The position numbers and the translations under genes are program-made. This document shows positions 43,356 through 52,554 of a DNA stretch of 64,000 bases, piece after piece. The notes below the pieces were generated by a model. The model was not told where the DNA came from. It did no database searches and was given only the letters and a program-made list of their open reading frames with translations. Source of the stretch: an uncultured Arcobacter sp. (GTDB lineage: Bacteria > Campylobacterota > Campylobacteria > Campylobacterales > Arcobacteraceae); assembly GCA_965140705.1 (NCBI GenBank), contig OZ223300.1:480001-544000 (forward strand), written 5' to 3'. The first letter of the stretch is position 1; each line of letters starts with the position of its first letter.

Positions 43356-45410
43356 ATGTCAGAAATTTTTTTATCAGGTTTAAATGAATCACAACAAAAA
43401 GCAGCTAAACATATTGATGGTTCTTTATTAATTTTAGCAGGGGCTGGCTCTGGTAAAACTAAAACTATCACGACAAGATTAGCTTACTTAATATCAATAG
43501 GGATAGACCCTACTTCAATTCTAACATTAACTTTTACAAATAAAGCTGCAACTGAAATGAGGGAGAGAGCTTACGCTATGATTGGCTCAAATATGAGTAC
43601 CCCTCCAATTTTATGTACTTTTCACAAATTTGGTTTACTGTTTTTAAAATTTTATATGAGTGAATTAAATAGAAAGAATAATTTTATAATCATAGATACA
43701 GATGACAAAAAAAGAATACTTAGAACCATAGAAAAAGATATCCCTGTTGCTATGTTAGTTTCAGAAATTTCAAAATATAAAAATACTTTATTAACTCCTC
43801 TTCAAGTAAAAGCTGGAGCTGAACTTAAGATTTATCAACAAGTGGCAGATGTATATGAAAAGTATGAGAATTATTTGTTGAAAAACAATCTTGTTGATTT
43901 TGATGATTTACTTTTATTACCATACAAAATATTATCAAACAATGAAGCTTTGGCAAAAGAGACAAGTGCTAAATATCAGTATATTATGGTAGATGAGTAT
44001 CAAGATACAAATGAACTACAGTATAAACTTTTAAGATTACTTTGTATGACACATAGTAATTTATGTGTTGTGGGTGATGATGACCAATCTATTTATGGCT
44101 GGCGTGGTGCAACTATAAAAAATATTTTAAATTTTACAGAACACTTTGAAAATACTTTAGTTGTAAAACTTGAGGAAAACTACAGATCAACAGATACTAT
44201 TCTAGATCATGCAAATCAGTTAATAGAGCATAATCGTGATAGATTAGGTAAAAGATTAATAGGAACAAGGGCAAAGGGTGATAGCGTAAGAGTTTATGAA
44301 TCACATGATGAAAATGAAGAGACTAGAAAAATAATTGAAGATATCAAAAAACTTTTAGACAGTGGAGTAAGAGGTAGAGATATTGCTGTATTATTTAGGG
44401 TTAATGCCCTTTCAAGATCATTAGAAGAGGGCTTTAACAAAGCTGGATTAAACTATAAACTTGTAGGTGGTATGAAGTTCTACGAAAGAGCAGAAATAAA
44501 AGATTTGATTGCTTATTTTAGAATTATAACAAACTCATATGACAATTTTTCATTTAAAAGAATTATAAACAAGCCAAAAAGAGGTATAGGGAAAACTACA
44601 GTTGATAAACTTGAAGCAAAATCAATTGAACTTAAAAAACCTATTTTTGAAATAATTGATGAATTTTCACCTGATGAGTTAAGTGCTATTGTTGGAAAGA
44701 AAAATTCAAGAACATTAAAAGTATTTTTAGCCTCGATTCTAGATTTAAAAGATACATTAGAAGAGTCTAAAATGAGATTTTTAGATATATTTGAGGATAC
44801 TTTTGATTTTAGGGCTTCCTTTGAAAATCTTCCAGATGGATTTGAAAGACAAGCAAATATTGATGAGTTTTATGGGTATGTTAGAGATTATTTTATTCAA
44901 AATCCTCTTTTAGAATTAGATAATTTTTTAAATGAAATTGCACTAGGAACAGAAGATACTGAACTTGAAAATGAAGCAATATCAATGATGAGTATTCATG
45001 CTGCAAAAGGTTTAGAGTATAAAAATTTATTTATTATAGGTATGGAAGAGGGTTTTTTCCCAATAATTGGAGATGGAAGTGACACAGAAGAAGAGAGAAG
45101 GTTAGGGTACGTAGCATTTACAAGGGCTATGGATAATCTTACTTGTAGTTTTGTTCACTCTAGATTTTATAAAGGGAAAAGAACTTCTTTATTAAAGAGT
45201 AGATTTTTAGCAGAATCAGGACTAATTAAAGGTTCATTAATGATTCAACAGCAATCATCATCATTCAAAAAAGGTGATTTAGTGAAACACAAAATTTTTG
45301 GAATGGGAAGGGTACAAAAAGCTGTTAAAGCTGGAAAAGACTTTAAGCTTACAATTAATTTTGGTGGAACAAAAAGAGATATTTTATCAGCATTTGTAGA
45401 AAAAGCTTAA
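43356..45410 (+). CDS. uvrD: UvrD/PcrA/Rep family DNA helicase
   Basis: AGAGSGKT, DEYQD, GDDDQSIY, NYRS, HAAKGLE, EERRL. Confidence 0.93.
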   Translation: MSEIFLSGLNESQQKAAKHIDGSLLILAGAGSGKTKTITTRLAYLISIGIDPTSILTLTFTNKAATEMRERAYAMIGSNMSTPPILCTFHKFGLLFLKFYMSELNRKNNFIIIDTDDKKRILRTIEKDIPVAMLVSEISKYKNTLLTPLQVKAGAELKIYQQVADVYEKYENYLLKNNLVDFDDLLLLPYKILSNNEALAKETSAKYQYIMVDEYQDTNELQYKLLRLLCMTHSNLCVVGDDDQSIYGWRGATIKNILNFTEHFENTLVVKLEENYRSTDTILDHANQLIEHNRDRLGKRLIGTRAKGDSVRVYESHDENEETRKIIEDIKKLLDSGVRGRDIAVLFRVNALSRSLEEGFNKAGLNYKLVGGMKFYERAEIKDLIAYFRIITNSYDNFSFKRIINKPKRGIGKTTVDKLEAKSIELKKPIFEIIDEFSPDELSAIVGKKNSRTLKVFLASILDLKDTLEESKMRFLDIFEDTFDFRASFENLPDGFERQANIDEFYGYVRDYFIQNPLLELDNFLNEIALGTEDTELENEAISMMSIHAAKGLEYKNLFIIGMEEGFFPIIGDGSDTEEERRLGYVAFTRAMDNLTCSFVHSRFYKGKRTSLLKSRFLAESGLIKGSLMIQQQSSSFKKGDLVKHKIFGMGRVQKAVKAGKDFKLTINFGGTKRDILSAFVEKA

Positions 45411-45417
45411 GAGTTCC

Positions 45418-46266
45418 ATGCAAAAAAGAGTTTATAATAAAGAAACATTAAATAAATTAATTGTTGTAAATAAACCTATGTTTATGAGTTCAAATTCTTA
45501 TTTGAACAGAATAAAAAGAAAATATAAAAATAAAAAAGCTGGCTTTTCAGGGACTTTAGATCCTTTTGCAAAAGGGTGTTTAATTGTAGCCTTTGGACAA
45601 TACTCAAAGCTTTTTCAGTTTTTAAAAAAGACTCCAAAAACTTATAGAGCAGTTATTTGGTTGGGAGCTATTTCTGAATCTTTAGATATAGAGAATATCA
45701 CTTCTATAAATGAACACAATAAATTAAAAATTGATGATATAAAAAATGAGATAAAGAATTTACAAAGGGAGATAGAATATCATCCTCCCAAATTTTCTGC
45801 TAAAAAAATAGATGGTGAGAGAGCCTATAAATTAGCTAGAGAGGGTAAAGAAATTGAACTAAAAAAAAGTATTATGAAAGTTTTTAATACAAAGTTCATT
45901 TCATATAATCATCCCTTTATAACTTTTGAGGCAAGTGTTAGTGAGGGAAGTTATATTAGAAGCTTAGCCCAGATTTTATTGGAAAAGTTAAATTCAATAG
46001 GTACTTTATCTTATCTAAATAGATTAAATGAAGGAGAGTTTTTTTATCAAAATGAAAAAGATTTAAATCCTTTGGATTATTTAGATATAAAACAGATAAA
46101 TTATAGTGGTGAAAAATCATATTTCGAACAGGGTAAAAGAATCTTGTGTGAATATTTAGATGAAAAAGAAGATGGTAAGTATTTAGTTAAATTTGATGAT
46201 TTCTTTTCTATAATTGAAATAAGCAATTGTGAAGTAAAATATATATTAAACAAGGTAATGATATAA
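45418..46266 (+). CDS. truB: tRNA pseudouridine(55) synthase
   Basis: KAGFSGTLDP, PPKFSAKK, SEGSYIRS. Confidence 0.95.
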   Translation: MQKRVYNKETLNKLIVVNKPMFMSSNSYLNRIKRKYKNKKAGFSGTLDPFAKGCLIVAFGQYSKLFQFLKKTPKTYRAVIWLGAISESLDIENITSINEHNKLKIDDIKNEIKNLQREIEYHPPKFSAKKIDGERAYKLAREGKEIELKKSIMKVFNTKFISYNHPFITFEASVSEGSYIRSLAQILLEKLNSIGTLSYLNRLNEGEFFYQNEKDLNPLDYLDIKQINYSGEKSYFEQGKRILCEYLDEKEDGKYLVKFDDFFSIIEISNCEVKYILNKVMI

Positions 46267-47043
46267 ATGAATATAAGTGCTAAATCATATGCAAAAGTTA
46301 ATATTTTTTTGAAAATAGCAGGTATGAGAGATAGTTATCATGAACTAGTCTCTAGATTTGTAAGAGTAAAAAATTTATATGATACTATTACTTTTGTTCC
46401 AGAAAATAAAACAAATGAGTTTAATCTTATTGGTGATTTTGGATGTGAAACACAAAAAAATACAATCTATAAAGCATTTTTGGCTTTAAGGGATAATTGT
46501 CCTAAAATAGATGCTTATTTTAGGGTTTATAGTATTAAAGTAGATAAAAAGATTCCAGAGTTTGCAGGACTTGGTGGTGGAAGTTCAAATGCTGCAACTT
46601 TTTTAATAATGGCAAATAAGCTATTTAATTTATATTATTCAAAAGAAAAGCTGGCAAAAATTGGTGCAAAGATTGGTGCGGATGTTCCTTTTTTTATATA
46701 TGAGTATGATAGTGCAAATGTAACAGGTATTGGTGAAATAGTTGAAAAGTATGAAGAAGAAGTTCTTGATATAGAAGTTGTAACTCCTAAAATTGAGTGT
46801 AATACAGGTAAAATATTTACTTCATTTAGAGAAAGTTTTTATAAAGAGATTTCAAGCGAAATGAAAAATAGACTTTTAAGTATGAATTCAAAAGATATTT
46901 TAAAAGAACTTAATATCTTTGAAGCAAATGATTTATATGAACCAGCATTAAAAAGTTATCCACAACTTAAAGAGTATGCAAAAAATGATTGGTTTTTTAG
47001 TGGAAGTGGAAGTAGTTTTTTTAAGGTGAAAGATAATGGCTAA
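46267..47043 (+). CDS. ispE: CDP-ME kinase
   Basis: [35 protein letters not shown]. Confidence 0.95.
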   Translation: MNISAKSYAKVNIFLKIAGMRDSYHELVSRFVRVKNLYDTITFVPENKTNEFNLIGDFGCETQKNTIYKAFLALRDNCPKIDAYFRVYSIKVDKKIPEFAGLGGGSSNAATFLIMANKLFNLYYSKEKLAKIGAKIGADVPFFIYEYDSANVTGIGEIVEKYEEEVLDIEVVTPKIECNTGKIFTSFRESFYKEISSEMKNRLLSMNSKDILKELNIFEANDLYEPALKSYPQLKEYAKNDWFFSGSGSSFFKVKDNG

Positions 47044-47506
47044 GAAAGAAAAAAATATTAATTTAACATTTAAGAATAAAAAGGCATTTCATGATTATTT
47101 TATACTTGAAAGTTTTGAAGCAGGTATAGAACTTCTAGGAAGTGAAGTAAAATCTATAAGAGAAGGAAGAGTGAATTTAAAAGATTCTTACATAAGAATC
47201 ATAAAAAATGAAGTCTTTGTTTTGAATATGCATATTTCATATTTAGAGACTACTCATGCCATGTATAGACCTGAAGAAACAAGACCTAGAAAACTGCTTT
47301 TACATAGAAAACAAATAGATAAACTTTTTGAAAAAGTAACTAAAGATGGAATAACGATAGTGCCCTTAAAACTGTACTTTAACGCTAAAAATTTTGCCAA
47401 ATTACAAATAGCAACTGCACAGGGTAAAAAGCTTTATGATAAAAGAGCTGACCTAAAAGAAAAAAGTTTAAAAAGAGAATCAGAACAAGCAATAAAAAAT
47501 TGGTAA
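47036..47506 (+). CDS. smpB: SsrA-binding protein
   Basis: [34 protein letters not shown]. Confidence 0.97.
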   Translation: MAKKEKNINLTFKNKKAFHDYFILESFEAGIELLGSEVKSIREGRVNLKDSYIRIIKNEVFVLNMHISYLETTHAMYRPEETRPRKLLLHRKQIDKLFEKVTKDGITIVPLKLYFNAKNFAKLQIATAQGKKLYDKRADLKEKSLKRESEQAIKNW

Positions 47507-47708
47507 AATTTTCATTTTTTTACTCTAGTTTTTAGTGTAAAATAGTAAATAATCGAATTAGTTACTTTTAGTAATATTAAATAAGTCTTAAAAAATATTA
47601 CTAAAATAAAAAATAATGTTTAAGCTAATATTTATACCTAATTCGTTAGTATCTTTTCATAAGTGACAGTTCTGTGACTTGTATAAAAAAATTAGTAGGA
47701 GGAGATTG

Positions 47709-49175
47709 ATGCAAAACGGTGCACAAATCGAGTATGATTACTCAATTGCAAAAGCCTTTACATTTGCAACAATTCTGTTTGGTATCATTGGTATGTTAGT
47801 TGGTGTTATTCTAGCATTCCAACTAGCATTCCCTCAGTTAAATGAATTAGCTGGAGAATATGGTACTTTTAGTAGATTAAGACCTTTACACACAAATGGT
47901 GTTGCGTTTGGTTTTACTCTTAGTGGTATTTTTGCTACATGGTATTACATCTCTCAAAGAGTTTTAAAAGTTTCTTTGAAAGAATCACCATTTTTAATGG
48001 CCATTGGTAAATTACATTTTTTACTTTATTTCATTACAATTCTTTTAGCTGTTGTTACACTTTTAGCTGGTATTACAACTTCAAAAGAGTATGCTGAATT
48101 AGAGTGGCCTATAGACATACTAGTAGTACTTTGGTGGGTGTTATGGGGTATTAGTATTTTTGGACTAATTGGTATTAGAAGAGAAAGAACATTATATATC
48201 TCTATTTGGTATTTTATTGCATCATTCTTAGCAGTTGCTATGTTATATTTATTTAATAACATGGAAGTACCAACAGCATTAGTTTCTGGATATGGTTCAT
48301 GGATGCACTCAGTATCAATGTATTCAGGTACAAATGATGCTTTAGTACAATGGTGGTATGGGCATAATGCGGTTGGTTTTGTATTCACAGTTCCAATTAT
48401 TGCAATGATTTACTACTTTTTACCAAAAGAGTCAGGACAAAATGTTTATTCATATAAGTTATCTATCTTAGCTTTCTGGGGATTATTGTTTGTTTATTTA
48501 TGGGCTGGTGGTCACCACCTTATTTATTCAACTGTTCCTGATTGGATGCAAACTATGGGTTCTGTTATGTCAGTTGTTTTAATTTTACCATCATGGGGAT
48601 CAGCTATTAATATGCTTTTAACAATGAAGGGTGAATGGCAACAATTACAAACAAATACCTTAATTAAATTTATGATTTTAGCATCAACATTTTATATGCT
48701 ATCAACAATTGAAGGTCCAATTCAATCAATTAAATCAGTTAATGCGATTGCTCACTTTACAGATTGGATTCCAGGACATGTACATGATGGTACATTAGGT
48801 TGGGTTACATTTATGGTTATGGCTGCCTTATATCATATGGCTCCAAGAATGTACGGTAGAGAGCTTTATTCTAAATCGTTAATGGATACACAATTTTGGT
48901 TACAAACTACAGGTATCGTATTGTACTTTACATCTATGTGGATAGCAGGTATTACACAAGGTATGATGTGGAGAGCATATGATGAATATGGTTCATTAGT
49001 TTACTCTTTCATAGATACAGTTACAGTATTAAAACCATACTATACAATTAGAGCTGTTGGTGGATTATTGTACTTAATTGGTTTCTTTATGTTTGCATAT
49101 AATATGTATAAAACGGCAACTGCAGGTAGAGTTCTTGATAAAGAACCAATCAATGCAACGCCAGTAGCCGCATAA
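47709..49175 (+). CDS. ccoN: cbb3-type cytochrome c oxidase subunit I
   Basis: RLRPLHTN, WWYGHNAV, WAGGHH, GHVH; ATG 47709 behind AGGAGG. Confidence 0.98.
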   Translation: MQNGAQIEYDYSIAKAFTFATILFGIIGMLVGVILAFQLAFPQLNELAGEYGTFSRLRPLHTNGVAFGFTLSGIFATWYYISQRVLKVSLKESPFLMAIGKLHFLLYFITILLAVVTLLAGITTSKEYAELEWPIDILVVLWWVLWGISIFGLIGIRRERTLYISIWYFIASFLAVAMLYLFNNMEVPTALVSGYGSWMHSVSMYSGTNDALVQWWYGHNAVGFVFTVPIIAMIYYFLPKESGQNVYSYKLSILAFWGLLFVYLWAGGHHLIYSTVPDWMQTMGSVMSVVLILPSWGSAINMLLTMKGEWQQLQTNTLIKFMILASTFYMLSTIEGPIQSIKSVNAIAHFTDWIPGHVHDGTLGWVTFMVMAALYHMAPRMYGRELYSKSLMDTQFWLQTTGIVLYFTSMWIAGITQGMMWRAYDEYGSLVYSFIDTVTVLKPYYTIRAVGGLLYLIGFFMFAYNMYKTATAGRVLDKEPINATPVAA

Positions 49176-49190
49176 GAAGGAGGAATTATT

Positions 49191-49874
49191 ATGTTTCATT
49201 GGTTCGAACAAAGACCGTTTTTCTTTGCGGTATTAGTATTTATATTTATATCTTTTGCAGGTATCATAGAAGTTATACCAGATTTTGCAAAACAGAGTAG
49301 ACCAACAGTTGGTACAAAACCATATACTGTTTTAGAGTTAGCAGGTAGAAATGTTTATATAAAAGATTCATGTAATGCTTGTCACTCACAATTAATTAGA
49401 CCATTTAAATCAGAGACTGATAGATATGGTATGTATTCGCTGTCAGGTGAGTATGTTTATGATAGACCATTTTTATGGGGATCAAAAAGAACAGGTCCAG
49501 ATTTACATAGAGTTGGGAATTATAGAACAACAGATTGGCATGAGAATCATATGATGGATCCAGCATCAGTAGTACCAGGTTCAATTATGCCATCGTATGC
49601 ACATCAGTTTACAAACTTGGCAGATATTGATACTGCATATGGAGAAGCAGTTACAGTAAAAAAAGTATTTAATACTCCATATGATGTAGATTTAAATGGA
49701 GATGGGAAAATTGATGTTCCATTAGGGACTTATGAAGAGGCAAAAGCTGAGACTTTAAAAGAGGCGAAAGCAATTGCTGCTGATATGAAAAATCAAGCTG
49801 TAAAAGATGCCGTTGCTAACGGTAAGATTCCTGAGATTGTAGCGCTTATTGCGTATTTGAATTCTTTAAAATAA
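49191..49874 (+). CDS. ccoO: cbb3-type oxidase subunit II
   Basis: CNACHSQ, WGSKRTGPDL, GSIMP. Confidence 0.97.
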   Translation: MFHWFEQRPFFFAVLVFIFISFAGIIEVIPDFAKQSRPTVGTKPYTVLELAGRNVYIKDSCNACHSQLIRPFKSETDRYGMYSLSGEYVYDRPFLWGSKRTGPDLHRVGNYRTTDWHENHMMDPASVVPGSIMPSYAHQFTNLADIDTAYGEAVTVKKVFNTPYDVDLNGDGKIDVPLGTYEEAKAETLKEAKAIAADMKNQAVKDAVANGKIPEIVALIAYLNSLK

Positions 49875-49883
49875 GAGGTTATT

Positions 49884-50108
49884 ATGAGTCATCAAGAACT
49901 AGTTGATTTACAAGGGTATTTGAAATTTTTTCTTTTACTTGTAGTATTTATTATCTTTTACTCTTACGCTTACTCTATATATAGTAGAGATAAAAAGGGT
50001 AAGAGAGATTTTGAGAAATATTCAAACTTGGTACACGATGATTCAATTGACTCTGAACCTCTTGAAGATAGAAACAACAATTTAGACGAAAAAGAGAAGG
50101 AGAAATAG
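49884..50108 (+). CDS. ccoQ: cbb3-type oxidase subunit CcoQ
   Basis: Small single-TM protein between ccoO and ccoP. Confidence 0.9.
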   Translation: MSHQELVDLQGYLKFFLLLVVFIIFYSYAYSIYSRDKKGKRDFEKYSNLVHDDSIDSEPLEDRNNNLDEKEKEK

Positions 50109-50109
50109 T

Positions 50110-51000
50110 ATGAAATCTATGGTAATAGGTGGAATTATTCTTATCGTCGCTTTATTAGCAGGAACTTACTTTGTTGCAGGTGATGCTTTTAATAGTGATG
50201 ATTATATCAATAGTTTAACAATGCTTGGTGCAGTTGCAATTATTACAATTACAGTATTTGTTGCACTTAAGTATGTTAATCAAATAAAAAATGATACTGC
50301 TGGTGGTGAGTTAGCAGAAGAAAAATGGGATGGAATTGGTGAGTATAAAAACCCAATTCCAACAGGTTGGGGATTAGCATTTATTGGAACAATTGTTTGG
50401 TTATTTTGGTACTTAACAATTGGTTATCCAACAAATGGATTCTCTCAAATTGGTCAATGGAATGAAGAAACTATTGATTTTAATAAGAAGTTTGAGTCAA
50501 AATGGGAAAACCCATCTAATGAAACTTTAACTGCAATGGGTGAATCAGTGTTCTTAGTACAATGTTCTCCTTGTCATGGTGTTGATGCAGAAGGTATTAA
50601 TGGAAAAGCTCAAAACTTAACAAAAAGAATGTCAGAAGCATCTGTTGCATATGTAATCAAAAATGGTGCAAACAATCTTAAAACAGTATATCCAGGTGGT
50701 ATGCCTCCAATGATGTTAACAGATGAAAAAGATATTAAAGCAGTATCTTCATATGTTGCAGGTGGATTTAAAGGTGAACAACCAGCTGCATTTGGTGTAT
50801 GTGCAGGTTGTCATGGTGCAGATGGAAAAGGTATGGCATATGTTGCTCCTAATATTAGAAACTATACAGCAGATTTAATTTCAGCAGTATTAGAAAATGG
50901 TAAAAAAGGTGCTATCGGTCAAATGCCATCATTCAAAGGTAGATTAAATGCTACACAAGAAAAAGCAGTTGCTGCTTATATTAAAAGTTTAGGAGAGTAA
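50110..51000 (+). CDS. ccoP: cbb3-type oxidase subunit III
   Basis: WDGIGEY.NP.P, two CXXCH motifs (CSPCH, CAGCH). Confidence 0.96.
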   Translation: MKSMVIGGIILIVALLAGTYFVAGDAFNSDDYINSLTMLGAVAIITITVFVALKYVNQIKNDTAGGELAEEKWDGIGEYKNPIPTGWGLAFIGTIVWLFWYLTIGYPTNGFSQIGQWNEETIDFNKKFESKWENPSNETLTAMGESVFLVQCSPCHGVDAEGINGKAQNLTKRMSEASVAYVIKNGANNLKTVYPGGMPPMMLTDEKDIKAVSSYVAGGFKGEQPAAFGVCAGCHGADGKGMAYVAPNIRNYTADLISAVLENGKKGAIGQMPSFKGRLNATQEKAVAAYIKSLGE

Positions 51001-51001
51001 T

Positions 51002-51244
51002 ATGGCTAAAAATTCTCAAATGAACGAAAATGAGAGAGGTATCTTTGCTCTTAGTGGAATTACAGGTATGTTGATTGCTACAGTTTTATTATTGTCTATT
51101 CTTGCTTTTTTAACAATAAATGCAATAGGTGTTCAACAGAATGAAGCACAAAACTTCTATAAGATCAACCAAGACTTAACTGGTCTTAAAGCTAATAGTC
51201 CTGACAATTCAAGTCAGTATGAGCTTGTTGGTAAAGTGAAGTAA
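51002..51244 (+). CDS. DUF4006-like small membrane protein of the cco operon
   Basis: NER.IF.L.GITGMLIATVLLLSIL; directly after ccoP. Confidence 0.8.
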   Translation: MAKNSQMNENERGIFALSGITGMLIATVLLLSILAFLTINAIGVQQNEAQNFYKINQDLTGLKANSPDNSSQYELVGKVK

Positions 51245-51254
51245 GGAGTAAACA

Positions 51255-51347
51255 ATGGATAAAATTATCGGACTATTATTATTAGGTTCAGCTTTTCTTA
51301 CTGCCTATTTAGCATTTTTTGATTCTTCAAGAGTTTTTGTAGGATAA
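51255..51347 (+). CDS. 30-aa membrane micro-protein in the cco operon (not in ORF track)
   Basis: AAGGAG SD; MDKIIGLLLLGSAFLTAYLAFFDSSRVFVG; stop abuts the next ATG at 51348. Confidence 0.75.
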   Translation: MDKIIGLLLLGSAFLTAYLAFFDSSRVFVG

Positions 51348-51986
51348 ATGAAAGCTTTCAACATCTTAAAAATAGCAGTGTTATCACTGCTATTTTTTTT
51401 AATCCCACTAAATGCAAGCATAAATAAGTATGTATTATCAGATGATGTTATAATCGATCCAAGAACATCACAAAAAATACTTGAAATTGGATCTGAAGTA
51501 AAAGAAAAAACAAATGTAAATTTGTATGTATATGTAAAAACTGATTTAGGAATAGATAAAAATATTCCTATGAAAGAAAAAATACAATTAATAAAAAAAG
51601 AAGAGACTGAATTAACTTCAACTCTAAAAAAACCTTATGCAGTATTAGTAGTAGCATTAGAACAAATGCATGTTAATCTACTTATGTCTGAAAAACTTAA
51701 AAAGATAATTAACAAAGATGATATTTTAGATGGTTATGTTGTGCCATTACTCGCTTCAAAAGATAAAAATACACTTTTTACAAAAGTTAGTGCTGCTGTA
51801 TTAAATGGCTATGCTGAAATGGCTGATGATGTTGCACATGCTAATGGAATTGAAAAACTTGAATCAGGAATTCCAAATTCAGGTAAAACTGCTGGAACAA
51901 TATGGAAAGTATTTATGTATACTTTAGTTATACTTGGGATATTTTTCTATACTTTTGCAGTATTGAGATCAAAAAAGAAAAAATAG
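51348..51986 (+). CDS. Membrane-anchored periplasmic hypothetical protein (TPM-domain-like)
   Basis: Signal peptide, C-terminal TM; position in the cco downstream cluster. Confidence 0.7.
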   Translation: MKAFNILKIAVLSLLFFLIPLNASINKYVLSDDVIIDPRTSQKILEIGSEVKEKTNVNLYVYVKTDLGIDKNIPMKEKIQLIKKEETELTSTLKKPYAVLVVALEQMHVNLLMSEKLKKIINKDDILDGYVVPLLASKDKNTLFTKVSAAVLNGYAEMADDVAHANGIEKLESGIPNSGKTAGTIWKVFMYTLVILGIFFYTFAVLRSKKKK

Positions 51987-51993
51987 GTAATAA

Positions 51994-52554
51994 ATGAAAA
52001 AGAGAAATTATTGGCCATTATTTTTTATAGCTATATTTACATTTACATTTTCAATGGTAATTTGGACAGTTATGTCAGCTATAAAAACACCAGTACATGA
52101 GGATAAATCATTTTTAAGTTCATATCATATTATGGATGTGGAGTTTAATGATATAGTTGATTATAATAAAAAATTTACAAAAAAATATAATCTAAAAATG
52201 AAAATTAATGATAAAGAGTTTGATGGCTTAATAATAAATGATGTCTTTTTATCTCAAAGAGTTATTGACCATGAATCAATGCATAAAGATATTTTTAAAA
52301 AAGGTATTAATAATATCTCTTTTGATTTAACAACTAAAGATGGAGTGGAAGTTCCAAATTTTAAAATAAGTTTTAAAGTTACAAGAACTACAAATAGTTA
52401 TTCTGATATTGATATGAATAATGACAAAAACAAGAATAAAAAATTCACTTTCAATTTAGATAAAGCTGGTAATTGGAATATTACTGGAATACTTGATACA
52501 AATGATGGAGAAAAAGGTTTCTTTTATATAAAATCTAATGCTACAGACAAGTAA
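51994..52554 (+). CDS. FixH/CcoH-like cbb3 assembly protein
   Basis: N-terminal YWP plus TM, C-terminal Ig-like G.W motif; cco context. Confidence 0.72.
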   Translation: MKKRNYWPLFFIAIFTFTFSMVIWTVMSAIKTPVHEDKSFLSSYHIMDVEFNDIVDYNKKFTKKYNLKMKINDKEFDGLIINDVFLSQRVIDHESMHKDIFKKGINNISFDLTTKDGVEVPNFKISFKVTRTTNSYSDIDMNNDKNKNKKFTFNLDKAGNWNITGILDTNDGEKGFFYIKSNATDK

